Shown in pieces: positions 22,068-34,841 of a DNA stretch of 48,237 bases. The first letter of the stretch is position 1. Each line of letters starts with the position of its first letter. The stretch is from Chara braunii (taxonomy: Eukaryota > Plantae > Charophyceae): assembly GCA_003427395.1 (NCBI GenBank), contig BFEA01000031.1:2138835-2187071 (forward strand), in the 5' to 3' direction. Position numbers and translations under genes: made by a program. The notes beneath the pieces are model-generated. The model searched no databases and was not told the origin of the DNA. It saw only the letters and a list, made by a program, of their open reading frames with translations.

Positions 22068-24051
22068 CGTCATTATGCATTTGCCTCGTGGCTCTTCTTC
22101 CCACCTGTCCAGCCTGTGTAGCCGGAGGAAGTTTTGCTCATTTTCTTCAGATTTAAACCAGGTACCCGGTGGAGGGATGTACTCAGGTCCCAGTCTTCCA
22201 TTCGGCTGGATTGGCGTCGATCAGGGCTCTCATTCTCTCTTCTTGCATCTGCAGCTGACCGAGGCTTTCTTTTAATTTTGCAGGTGATTTCCACTGCCCT
22301 TGTGGCTCCTCCCACAAGTCACTGACTCGAGAAACCCCTCCTTGTGTCCATTTCATCCGAAAGGAGCCTGGCTTGGGGGCTGCTGCAAAAGGACAACCCT
22401 CCTGCGGCAGTATGTGTGGGTTTTCAAACAAATGCTGACACAGTACCTCAGCACGCGAGGTAGGTTCTGCCACTTCGCTCGGCTTGCACTTCTGCCAGGC
22501 TGTCACGATGCTTCTCCAGACTGGGGATTTGATTCTCTTGTTGAGAAATGCTTGAATCATAATTGCCACCCAGACATCCGAAGCTTGTGTCAGGCTCCAC
22601 TGTTCGCAGAGGATCTCTTCTGCTGAAAAGCACCAGTCTGACTCCTCTTCCATCAAAGCCACTCTCACTACCCATTTGGACAGAAGAGTTAAAATTTGCA
22701 ATTCTGGATCTAGCAGTTCGAGTCCCCCTTCTTCAGACCCAGGCTTCCAAATGAATCTCCTGGCTGCTGACTTAACCCCTTTCAGCAGGCCTTTCTCCAT
22801 TCTCCTCATCCTAGCCACATACCACAGAATAGAGAAAGCTGAAATCATTACCGCCAGAACCCTGCCCATCAGAGAAAGATGTTTGGCCTTTCCCCATTTT
22901 CTGATCCTTCCACTGACTTTCTCCAGCAAGACTGTGCTTTGTGATGCCATGCAGTCCTCCAGAGCAACCTGTACTCCAAGATAACTCTCTCCTGCCCCAG
23001 CTGGAACCCTCTTCATGCCGTATTCTGCTTGCAGTGAGTAATTGCTCAGGGGGATATAAATTGACTTACTCCAATTGACGGCAGCTTCCGACAGTTCTGC
23101 ATAGCGAGCCAGACACTTCTTCAGAGTTTCTAAGGATAGGGGGGTGTTTGCCACGATAGCAAGAAGATCCTCTGCCAGTGCTTTTACCTGGCATTCCTTT
23201 CCTGACCTCAGTCTCAGACCTTCCCACTAAGGGTGTTTGCGGATATCGTTGAGAATCACTTCCATTTGTACCAGTGCTTTTACCTGGTATTCCTTCCCTG
23301 ACCTCAGTTTCAGAGCTTCCAACAAAGGGTGTTTGCGGATATCGTTGAGAATCACTTCCATTTGTAATGTAACACAAACAGCACGGGGGCGACAAACTGC
23401 ACGGGGGCGAGGGGACAACCCTGCCTCAGGGAGCTCGTTAGACGAAACTCTTCGGAATGGTGGCTGTTTGTTTACCTGAACTACTGCCATAGCAAAAAAT
23501 AACAGCGCCTTTACTGAACTACAGAAGTTCTCACCAAAGTTTATCTATCTCAGTGTTGTTAAAACAAAGGACCAATTTACCCTAACGTAAGCCTTCTCGA
23601 AGTCTAGAATAAGTACTGCGACATCTAAATTTTGCTCTTCAACCGCCTCAAGCACGTCAATTGCAGTAGCTAGGTTCTCGAAATTTGAGCGACCTCTGAC
23701 GAACGCACCTTGGACTAATCCCACCGACGAGGGCAGGAATGGAGCAAGTCCGTTTGCAAGAATAATTGCCCGTAATTTATAAGAGAAGTTTAATAACGAT
23801 ATCGGTTTCCTATTCCTGATCTCGTCCCGATTGCCTTACTTGTACAGTAGGGTAATCACACCCCTTGTCATTGATTCTCCCAATATGCTGCCCTCTGGAA
23901 TTGCATTGAATACCTCCACTAAGTCCTGGACCAAAATGCCCAGCAGGCTGAGTAAGATTCCCGGGGGAGGCGATCATCCCCAGGGGCCTTGCCTTTGGCA
24001 GTTGATTGCTGCATTCACGTCAGTTCCTCTGCAGTGATCGGTTCCTCTTAA

Positions 24052-24896
24052 ACCACCAGTACCTCCGAGCCTGTTTTTGCCGACCCTGAATTTCACTGCG
24101 CTTGGGTCCCACTCCATTTCTTTATGGTACTCTCACAGGGAGAAAAAAAAAAGGAAAAAATAATAGAAAAGTTGCGGCCGTGAAACTTACAAAAAAAGAA
24201 AAGGAAACAATGCTCTGGCCGTGATTGCAGTTGTATACATTCTTGGAAGTGGTAGTGTGAGTATGCTCTCAGTGAGGGCATCTCAGCCCCGTGGCCAGGT
24301 TTTCAGATTCCAAAAACATACACACACACAAAAAAAAAAACAGAAACACGTATTCGGCTATGAAAAGGGCTGGAAACGTTCCTCTAAGTGCCAGTGTGAT
24401 GGGGGTCACAATCCTCTGAGGGAACACAGCCCGAGCAGATCACGGATTCAGATTGTCAGATTCCAAAAACAGAAGGAAAAAAGAAAAGAAATGGAAACAC
24501 GCATTCGGCCGTGAAAAATTGAAAATGGTTGGATATATCAGGATTACAATCCTCTGAGGAAACACAGCCAGCGCAGATCACGGATTCCCCCCTGCCTCGT
24601 TGGCAGGGGACTCGTAATAAACAAACGAGAAATAAAAAAAGAAAACAACAAGAGAATGTGACCGTCTGTAGGATGCATTTTGTAGAGGAAGACTGTGAGC
24701 ATGGCCTCCTGGACTACCCTGCCCGACATCATTGCAGTACATAAGCTTTTTTTTTTTTTTTTTCCTTTCTCTTTCACGCGCGGGCAAAAGAAAACTAAGA
24801 TTTATGGGACTCGCCGACCCTGGGTCCCACCACCAATTTCTTTGGGGACAGACCAGTACATTGTAATTTCCCAACACTGGCAGAGGTACTAGTGGT
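24052..24896. mobile_element. TTAA-flanked TIR element, copy 4, nested in LINE ORF2
   Basis: TTAA|accaccagtacct ... aggtactagtggt|TTAA. LINE ORF2 (ARDQL / EEPITAEEL) continues across the site. Confidence 0.9.
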
Positions 24897-27836
24897 TTAA
24901 CTGGTCCCTTGCTTCAGAGGAAAGCCTCACGCCAAGATTGGTCCATAGGTCTGATTGCAGTGAGAGTTCTGTATCCAGCTCCGGGTGAGTTGCCTTTGTA
25001 GTTAAGACCTCCTTGAAATATGCTGCAGCGTAAGAACACATTCCATTGTTTTCTGTACCTACCGGCAGGGAGGTGAGATGTGGGCGTCTCAGCTCTCGCA
25101 TCTGCACAGACTTACACTGTGGTACTAGTTTTTGAAAACTCTCCTTGCTTAATCTGTCTCCGGTTGCAATCTTCTTTTCCATCAGAATCTGTTCCCATCT
25201 GGCATGTTTCTCTACCTGGATTAGCTCCCAGTCCTTCAAGCGGTTCACTCTTTCCTTGTCCCATACCGCTTCTGAGATTGGATGTTCTGCCATCCTGACC
25301 TCCACCTCTTCCACCCGCTTCTTGCACTCGCTTTCTTCTTTGTTTCTGAGGAACGCGGCTATTCCTTAGTTTACTTGAGATGATGCGCAGTCCGGTGTCA
25401 AGCCATTTAGCAGGAGTGGTGAAAGCCGGCTTTGCCTCTTCCCACTCTTCCCATAATGCTTGTACCCACGTGATGGTGCCTTCCTCCTCTAGAAGAGCAC
25501 AATTTAGCCTAAATTATCCGGGGCCTCTTTCACTCAACTCCCCTGTTCCGATTATCATCTGGACAGGTTTGTGGTCGGACAAGGATGCATTGTGCTCCTC
25601 TACACTCAGCACGTCATTCGCCAAACCCTCTGCGACCAAAAAATGATTGAGGTGTTGTTTTACTTTAGCTGTCTGAGGAGAATCGCCAAACTGTGTAAAA
25701 TTGACCTGGATGCATGTCCATGTACGGATCGCGTAGAGCCCATCTTTCCATGCACAGTAGCATTGTACGTCTGTCTCGTTTCATGCTTTCCTCCTCTTCC
25801 GAATCCAAACCCCGTTCGCATACCAAGTTCCAATCACTCCCGACAACCAGGCGATCTGAGCGCGGCAGTTTCCTAGACAGCTGTTCAATAAATTCGATTC
25901 TGTCCAGTGGGTCATTTGGTGCATAGATGGTGCCGAAGACCCATTCCGCTTCTCCAAAGACAATTATCACAGTCAATGAGGGTTACATCTAGCCTCTGAT
26001 GAATAGTAATGCGACACCTCCCTTACTACCTCTAGCCGGGGACTATAATTGAGGACCGGTCCACCAAACTGCTAAGCGACCTAGCTTTTCGTCCGATGGC
26101 TTAGTCTCTTGGATCATCATGATGTCAATGTTCTGTTTGTGAATCCAAGTTTTTAAGTGTCTTCCTTTATGCTCTCCTCCGGTGTTGCCTAGCCCGTGTA
26201 CGTTCCACGTGGCCAGTTCAAGTCTCCCCATTAACACCTGAGGTTTGGACACTGGAAGATTGGATCTGTCCTTGGGAGAAGAGAGAGTCGGGCCACCTAC
26301 TAAGACTTCCGCAAAATAAACTGATGTTAAATTCCTGCGGCGCTGCTGTCTGGTTGGGTTCAATCGAGACCCTCGCAAGTTCATTCTGCGGATCTGACAC
26401 TAATAGACGAAGTGGGATGGCTACAAACCCAGCATTGGACAGACCATTCCAATACTCTGAAGAGATACAGGCATCGATTAAGGAAACTGAATACCTTATA
26501 CTGCCTCCCTGTGGTGAGTCCACCTTCAGGCGGACTGATGGATCCTCCCGAAACAGGCGGAGCATAAAACGATCGGCAAAGAGATTACGTACCCTATCCA
26601 CTATGAGTTCCTGTGAAGGTAGGTCCGCGATATTACTCACCGGCATATACTAAATTGGTTCTCGTCCGACTTCAAACCCAGCGCGAAAAACTTCACAACC
26701 TTTGAGAGTGCAACCAATGGAACGAGAAGGTTTGTTTCCATGTCCACATCTTCTCGCGTCTTGTCAGAGCACCTTCGTGGATGTCTCGGTGATAATCCGC
26801 TTTCATCCTCGTCTTCTCCTCCATCGGCTTCAGATGCAGACTGCTCTGCACATGGTTCCGTACCGTTTCCTTCTTTTTCCTATGGTTGTCTCGTCATCTC
26901 GCCTTCTGCTCTTTGGACGCCGTCTCCTCTCAAGCGTCACTCCTCTTTTCGCCTTTGTTTTGTTGTGTTTTCGTTTTTTGTCACATTGTTTTGTCACCTT
27001 TCCCTTTCTGCTTCCTTTTCATTTCTGTTCTGGTCCACTTTTGTTGCCTCTCCTCTTCTGTTGCCTTTTTGTTTTGTCTTCGCCTTATAAGTTATGTCCC
27101 CTAGTTTGGAAACAAGCCCAAACCAAGGCTCTGCTGTGCCTTGGCGACTGTGCCAAAGCCCCTCGGGAATTCGTAACAGCGAATGCGATTGAAATCATTG
27201 GATCAGTTTTATTTTGTGTTGGACTGAAGGTTTTGTACTGTTTTCCGTTTTGACCGTTTTGTATTTATTTGTTGTGGAGTTTGGGCAAAATAGTAGTGCA
27301 TCGCACCAGCTGTTTTCCTTTTGAGTGTCTGTCTGCATGCTTGCTTGTGATTTTTTTTATTATTATTTTTTTTAGCGAAAGCTTAATGGGTGGTTTTTCC
27401 TTATCGAAAGGAAATAAAGTGGACCTCATACATTTTGGTGGTGGTGGGGGGGGGGCAATTAAAAAAATAGGCCGAGTCAAAAGACCCAAATTCAATGCCG
27501 ACACACACTCAAAGCATAAAGAGAGGACATGAACGTCGTCCCACTCGAGCAAACAGTCGCACGAATCCCTCTCTCGTCACCAGTCCACTCATCTGGAATC
27601 ACTCAGGCAGGCAGTTGCATTGAGATCCCTCCCTCATCTGAACACACATCGAACTCGCTCGGTCTCCAATAGAAACTGAGAACATGACCTCCACACCAGA
27701 CTGTACACACCAAAGAGATCCCCACGCTCATCGTCCCAGTCTCAATGGAAGTAGTAAGACTACAGCCTGAGAAAAATGACTCGACATCTCTGGAATTTAA
27801 AGAAGAGCCAAAAAGCCTTCCTCGATCCACAACATT

Positions 27837-28210
27837 CTATGACCTAGGCTTCTCCTCCTCCTCGAAGAGCGCCAACGACGATATGCCTGAAACCTTGATG
27901 ACCTTGAAACGGACTCCAGGAATATCTCTGACAGCGTGCCCTTTGCTTCCAAATCCAGGCACAAAAGTAGGCTATTTCTTTCTGTTTTTGATCAGCTGTA
28001 CATCACAGCAGTTACATATAGCAATATCGGGATGCTTCGCCTCAATCCCAATTTGCTCCAAGAGAATTCCCTTGGCATGGGAAAAGCCTGCGGAGGGCTT
28101 CGTTCACTAGTTCCCCTGGTGACTTTTCTTGCACACCTTGTCGGCCCACAGCTGCGTCCTTCTGTGATTGGGCAGTGTGCGCGCAGCTCCATTCCACGCG
28201 TTTTCTCCAT
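27837..28210 (-). pseudogene. RPS23: Processed pseudogene of 40S ribosomal protein S23 (uS12)
   Basis: Intronless MEKTRGM/GAAR..HRR.Q.WADK..KKSH.GN..KP.AG.SHAKGI.LE.IGIEAK..VQLIKN..FVP[~17-codon deletion][33 protein letters not shown]. Stops and a frameshift present. Poly(A)-like tract at 27351-27373. Confidence 0.96.
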
Positions 28211-28960
28211 TTTCACGGTCTGTGAAGGCTACTGCCAGCAAGGCTATAATACTCGGGTCTGGGCCCGAAGAAGCTACTTGTTCGTGTTTTATTCTTGCTT
28301 GGTTGTTTCTTCTCTTTCCAATGTTTTATCCCCCTTTGTCTGTTTGTTCTTTTGTGTCTGTTTCTCTGCTTGCTTCCTTGCTGATTTGCTTTACTACTTC
28401 TGTGTTTCTTTTCTCTTTGTCTGCTTTGCAGACCAAGAATTCTTATTGAATAGCATTGACACATTTGGTGGTTCTTTTGTCTGTTTGTCTGTTTGTCTGC
28501 TTGCTGCCTCACTGATTGTTTTGCACTTTGTGTTTAGATTGGTTCTTTCCATTTTGCCTGTTGGAATAAGAAAACAGTGAAGTTGCAGTGTTTTTTTTAT
28601 CCATTATGCTAATAGCTGCTGCATAAGCATGCTTTTTGTTCATGGTCTGTGTGGGTATGTGTGTTATCATCAACACTGGTCTGCCTCAGTCGAGCGTTAA
28701 AGCACCTGTGGCATACTGCGTAGCCACACGGGCCCTGTAGGACCCGTCCCGGACATTCAGCCTAAAAGCCTAAAACTTAGGATCTACAGGCCCCGGTCGT
28801 TTCAGCCTGAAAACTGAAAAACGAGGGCCTGCAGGCCCTACTCCGTTTCAGCCTATTTTTCTGGGTCTTTCAGACCCAGAGTTTTCCAGCCTGAAACGGA
28901 GGGCTATTCTTAGGCCCTGGGCTATTTTTAGGCCCTCATATTTTTCGACCTGCCCTAAGA

Positions 28961-28998
28961 CTGTCTCTTATACACATCTAGATGTGTATAAGAGACAG
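28961..28998. other. Nextera mate-pair junction adapter (technical artefact)
   Basis: Same exact 38-bp palindrome as 19747-19784. Confidence 0.99.
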
Positions 28999-31900
28999 GC
29001 TGTGAAGTGCAAAACGAGAATGAAGCTTGACGCANNNNNNNNNNNNNNNNNNNNNNNNNNNNNNNNNNNNNNNNNNNNNNNNNNNNNNNNNNNNNNNNNN
29101 NNNNNNNNNNNNNNNNNNNNNNNNNNNNNNNNNNNNNNNNNNNNNNNNNNNNNNNNNNNNNNNNNNNNNNNNNNNNNNNNNNNNNNNNNNNNNNNNNNNN
29201 NNNNNNNNNNNNNNNNNNNNNNNNNNNNNNNNNNNNNNNNNNNNNNNNNNNNNNNNNNNNNNNNNNNNNNNNNNNNNNNNNNNNNNNNNNNNNNNNNNNN
29301 NNNNNNNNNNNNNNNNNNNNNNNNNNNNNNNNNNNNNNNNNNNNNNNNNNNNNNNNNNNNNNNNNNNNNNNNNNNNNNNNNNNNNNNNNNNNNNNNNNNN
29401 NNNNNNNNNNNNNNNNNNNNNNNNNNNNNNNNNNNNNNNNNNNNNNNNNNNNNNNNNNNNNNNNNNNNNNNNNNNNNNNNNNNNNNNNNNNNNNNNNNNN
29501 NNNNNNNNNNNNNNNNNNNNNNNNNNNNNNNNNNNNNNNNNNNNNNNNNNNNNNNNNNNNNNNNNNNNNNNNNNNNNNNNNNNNNNNNNNNNNNNNNNNN
29601 NNNNNNNNNNNNNNNNNNNNNNNNNNNNNNNNNNNNNNNNNNNNNNNNNNNNNNNNNNNNNNNNNNNNNNNNNNNNNNNNNNNNNNNNNNNNNNNNNNNN
29701 NNNNNNNNNNNNNNNNNNNNNNNNNNNNNNNNNNNNNNNNNNNNNNNNNNNNNNNNNNNNNNNNNNNNNNNNNNNNNNNNNNNNNNNNNNNNNNNNNNNN
29801 NNNNNNNNNNNNNNNNNNNNNNNNNNNNNNNNNNNNNNNNNNNNNNNNNNNNNNNNNNNNNNNNNNNNNNNNNNNNNNNNNNNNNNNNNNNNNNNNNNNN
29901 NNNNNNNNNNNNNNNNNNNNNNNNNNNNNNNNNNNNNNNNNNNNNNNNNNNNNNNNNNNNGTGCTATCTTATACTTTGTATTGAAGGGTCGGTTCTTGTT
30001 CTGGTCTGCACCTATACGGTATGCAACACCACCAGTACGTGGCCCCAGCCCTGTTGAGAATCCGATTGAACCTCTCGTAGAATTTCGGGGGCTCGGGACA
30101 GGGTGTCCGAAGGGCCAATAGAAAAAAAGAGTCCCATGCCGTGAAGTGGCATTAGGCCCAGCCCTGCACCCAAAAAAAACAGAAATCCGCCTGCTTCCAG
30201 GCGGGCACTGTCCCGAGTCTCCTAACTTTTCGTAGAGGCTCATAGACGTACTGTTGGTTTAAGGTAACAATCCTTCTTGCTGTTTTCTGTCAAACATGGC
30301 GTAATTCCTGTTGTTCCTCTCACTAATTGGAGGTGGCTGATTCTTCTCCCTCCCCCCCCTGCCTTCAAAACCCCTTTGTTCTTCAGCCTGACATTTGATA
30401 TCAAGACTTTCATGCAGGGTGACTCGAGACAAGTCTTGTCTATGTTGCTAAGAGGCAGAAGGGGTTGGTGGTGGGGGACTCTCTCTGGCACGCAGCCTGT
30501 CTCAAATTGTGTATGGTCACTATGGTGTGCAGATGCAAACGCAGACGTATGTGTTCATTGACCCCTCACTACTGTCCACCCCTGAATAGAAGGTATGGGC
30601 TTTACGACCGTATTATAGGCAACTTTGTTCTGAGATGAGCAATAATGCCCATGCGTTCTGTTCAGGGAAGAAAGATGGTAGCAGACTAGGGGAAAAGTTC
30701 CTTTCGTAATGAAAAAAAGTGCACAATCAAAAGATCCTTTACCAGTAAATGAACATGTAGGTAGTGGTCAACGCAACATAGTACGAGTCTGTATGGCATA
30801 TATGTGCAATGCTAACAAATCACACTTTCAGCAATTGTGGAAGAGAAGTTTTCGGCAGCATTGTTGTATGGGTCACATATTTGTGGGCACTCCTTGTGCT
30901 TTGTGAGTTTGCAGTGATGTTCGGGGACCAGATGAATGGCTGTGTTTGGATTTTGGTGGAATTTTGGTAGGGAGTTCTGATGATGATCTTGGGCGTAGCG
31001 CAGTCTCTCTGTTCCCTGCAACCTTCACCCTCCCTCTCCCATCTGCTAGTCTCTTGTTGCCAGTTGTGCGCTCTCTGGTATCAAGTTGGGCCAGAGCTTG
31101 GAACAGGTTGAAAGAGACTAAGGCGTCAATTCTTGACGTTCGTGTTTCAGATCTATAATTTCTTTAGCAAAACGGTTTCAACTGGGACATTCGTAAAGTA
31201 GGCCTACGAAGAACGGTAGTATAGGTAAGACAGAGAATGGTGTTCAGAAGGTGTAGAAATGACTTGTACCTGTACTCCTTTTTCTCATTGTGAACGGAGC
31301 TGGACCCCATTTAGAAGGCAGCAGGTTTTTTCATGGCATATCAGCGAATCGTCGTGATGTGGACTGCATGGCAAAAAGTTGAAATGCCGTTGTGGAGGTA
31401 CCACCGCTTCAGTCCAAGTGGGCTTCTGTTTGGTTACATCGTGTATATGTCTATGGTTATGGGTGTGGACGAAGGGGACTGCTGCAGGCATTTGCTCATG
31501 CGTAGGATCAATTTTACATGATGTGGTGTTGCTAGTGAATCATAGGTACACTGCAGTACAGGCATCGTGCAGGCATGGGTTGCGTGGGAGAGTTACTTAT
31601 CGGCAAGAGATTGTGGGTGGGTTTACATAGCCATCGCGTGATCGGAGACACCATAGGGTATAGAGTCAACCTGAAGGTCACACTATTAGCAAACAGAAGT
31701 ACATGGACTCGTTGACTGGACTGTTATGCAGAGCCTGAAGGTCATTTCCTTGCCTGATACGAGGACTCGTTTACTGGATTCTGAAACATAAGGTCACAGT
31801 GAAAAACTGGAGAAGGTCGTTGGCATGGAACAGCCATAACTAACAGAACTGTCACTTTTAACTTACGAGGATGCAGAAACTCACATGCTGGACTCCATAC

Positions 31901-33258
31901 CGCGAAGTCGGGGAGGAGGATGAATTTGGAAGGCATTGAAGCACAAGTGGAACGTTCAGAGTGCACATTGTTGACAGTGTGCGCACTGATAAACATGGCA
32001 TGCCAATCAGGACCCTCATCCGACTAACTGTGCTGCGACGAGCAGACAGTGCGGTAGTCATTGTTGTGATGTATTATCGTTCTTTATCGTAGCGTATGTA
32101 TAGTTGCATCTAGGTACATAGGGAGCGGGTATGGCTTGCGGAGAGGATAATTTACGTGCTGTATCTGCACAAATGAAAGGCTCTCAGGAACCGAATGTCT
32201 TGCCCGACCTTTTCTTGTGAGTTTTTATTTGTAGCTGCCAATGCCTCGTTCTCTCACAAGTTTCAATTCCTGCCCCTCCTCTGCTCCTCCCCACAAAATC
32301 CCCAACCATCACCAACTCCTGTGCCTCCTTCCCTTAGCTTCCACCTGCACACACGGTCTGGTGATATACCCGTATAGTCCTTTGGCAGGCACGGTGTGTG
32401 ATCGTCGCAACTGTGGGTACTGAATTCCCTCAAACATGAGGGTCGGTCATCATGAAAGTATACAAGGTATCTTAATGGTTCCGTACAGTCGTTGTGAGAG
32501 TACCTTGCGGCAGCTAGAAGACCGTAGTAACACAGCTTGAATCCCCTCATTTCTTTGACATGGGTGAGGAAGGGGTCACAAATCGTATGGATCCAACGTC
32601 AATGCTTTTTACGAGATGTTAATAAAAAGAAGTGTGGTTTCCCCAATCTGTTTATCCATCAAGGCTATTGATGGATAGGTAACAGTGTGAGAGGGAAGTT
32701 GCAGTGCAAGGTGTTGAAGATGAAATGATAGGGAGAGGAGGGGGTATGGGCTCGATTGAAGAGGTTTTATATGTGATCTGGTGAGTAAACAAACAAACAA
32801 ACAAACAAACAAAGTATGATACCTGAAGGGGTATGAACAAACCTGCAAGAAAGCAAATAAACAAAGTGTGATATGTCAAATTCATGACAGCTGAAATGCC
32901 CCCTTATTGCGACCCCTTGTGTAGAAAATAGTGGGATGGAATGAAAAATGGGACCCCCTTCCTATTGTGTCCCTTTGATGGGATTATAAAAAGAATAATC
33001 AAGCAAGCAAGCAAACAAACAAAAAAGCATGCAGATATGGATTGCTATGGTGGCTATGCTGAATTTATAATACCGTGTTGTCTCTGTCTCATTGGCAGTC
33101 ATTGTGTAAAGAAAAGAATGGGGGATAGGGAGGGGGGAGGGGAGGGGAGGGTGAGGGATTGTGTGTTTTCAACTAATTATCTGCGTATTGTACCCGTACC
33201 TCATTGTCTCTGTTTTCAGGCAGGGCGCTAAGTGATGTGTTCTCTACCTTGCTTGTAG

Positions 33259-33310
33259 GAATCATTCATGAATGATCAGTTCTCAATTGCAACCATCGGA
33301 GTCGCTTTGG
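33259..33310 (+). CDS. NHX: Na+/H+ exchanger exon 5 (52 nt)
   Basis: cttgTAG|ESFMNDQFSIATIGVAL G|GTGAGC. Phase 0 to 1 exactly bridges exons 4 and 6. Not in the ORF track. Confidence 0.85.
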
Positions 33311-33786
33311 GTGAGCCCTCTTTATTAACTGTTGTATTCCAGCCCTGGTCCAGCATACCTCTCCCTGTCTCTGCACAGTGATGTTATGACAACTGTTGGA
33401 TGTTGGCATGAAGACTACGGTTTCTGGTGAAGGATGGTCGCCGTCCTGGTGTTTGATACGTGTCGTAAGGAAAATGAAATATGATGAAGTGTTTTTTTTT
33501 GTTGTTGTTTTGTTGTGTTTTGTTTTTGAGGTTCATATTGGAAGTGGTATGATGTGCACATTCTTCCCAATGCTTGTGTATCAGTGAGGATGTCTGCCGA
33601 ACTTTATTAAGAGGATTATAATTGCATGTACCAGCTTGGGAGAGTTCACAATTCGGATCCCGTTGTATACAATAATGCCTTGTTGCTGGGTATGAAGGGG
33701 GGTTGTTCGCTGGGTGTAGTGATAAAGGATGCAAAATTTAAATTCTGTTGGGAAGAGCGTGTTTTGGTGCACAATTATGATAATTG

Positions 33787-34841
33787 CTATGTCACCCCTC
33801 CGTGACCCCTCCCCTGACCGTCCGGGTTGTCCCCCTGGACAACCGGCCGAACGTCCGACCAGAGCCTTTTGTCCGAACCTACATAAAAACACCTAAATGT
33901 TTTTATTTCGTTTGAATTTTTTCCTGTTGATTCTTCTGCATATATAAATCGCCAAAGATGGCGGTGTAAAAAATATGCTCTCCAAGTCTCTATTTCGTTT
34001 TTTTAAGTTTTTCTGTTTTTCTTTTCCCTGTTTCTTTTTATTTTGGGGCTTAATTTTCTTTTTTTCCTCTTGTAAGTCTTGTGGGTGCTTTGAGAAGTGA
34101 GGTATATCCTTAAAAAAATTCAGGCAATTTGAATTAAAAAAAAAAAAAAAAAAATCATCAAAGGTTGCGGTGAAAAAAGAAAAGAAATCCTCCTCCTCCT
34201 CAACCTTGTCCTCCTCCTCCTCCCCCTACTGTTCTTCTTTTTTCCTCCTCATCGTCCTCCATCACCACGGCCGCCTCCTCCTCTTCCACTGCCTTGTCCT
34301 TCTCCTCCTCCTCCTCCTCCTCCTCCTCCTCCTCTTCTTCTTCCTCGTCCTCCTCGTCCTCCTCGTCCTCCTCATCCTCCTCATCCTCGTCTTCTTCCCC
34401 CTCCTCCTCCTCCTCCTCCTCCGTCCTCCTCGTCCTCCTCCTCCTCCTCCTCCGCCTCCTCGTCTTCCTCCTCCTCCTCCTCCTCCTCCTCCTCTTCCTC
34501 TTCCTCCATCGACGATGCCCCCTCCTCCTCCCCCTCCTCCTTGCCCTCCTCCTCGTCTTTTTTCTCCTCCTCCTTGTGTGTAGCAGTGGGCCTCTCCATT
34601 AACCCCCATCCCTCTCCCCTTTTTACCATTTCTTTTCGTTTTATCTCAGAATGGCCTGAAATTGTTTTGGGGGGGTCCTGTAGTGGTGCGCAGACCCCTC
34701 CCCCCCCCAAAAAAAAAATCATTTTTTATTTTCCTTTTTTGGCCTAAAAGCTGTTGTCCGGGATCCTGGACAACTCCCCTCCGACTGTCGCCTGGAGACA
34801 TTCGGGGGACAAGTCTCCGGATCGGACAGCTGGCAGCCTAG
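33787..34841. mobile_element. hAT-type non-autonomous element containing a (CCT)n tract (about 34190-34575)
   Basis: Degenerate TIRs ctatgtcacc / ggcagcctag. 8-bp TSD gataattg / ggtaattg, 1 mismatch. Subterminal gttgtcc/ggacaac motifs at both ends. Confidence 0.7.

Larger units (their letters stand above)
20666..27210 (-). mobile_element. Decayed L1/Tx1-clade LINE (partial ORF1; ORF2 with APE endonuclease, RT and zf-RVT), interrupted by two insertions
   Basis: EN: LATWNVHGL, DIMMIQET, TIYAPN, VVGSDWN, SDHKPV. RT: KAPGDD, KPISLLN, LILDFEKAY, LRQGCPLAP, LAEDL. C-terminal CARC..ETMHDLWWAC. Many stops and frameshifts. Ends approximate. Confidence 0.93.

Noticed and set aside
19747-28998. Tn5-like composite transposon or bacterial horizontal transfer
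   Set aside because: The 38-mers are the synthetic Nextera mosaic-end junction, not natural IS50 ends.
31290-31420. Ty3 integrase remnant (HGISANRRD, cf. HGxPxxIVSDRD)
   Set aside because: Too degenerate to support by eye.
34170-34747. Poly-Pro/Ser/Glu/Arg ORFs
   Set aside because: Translations of the (CCT)n tract. The same applies to the ORFs at 5127-6044, 9919-10267, 12407-12979 and 40967-41490 (low complexity).
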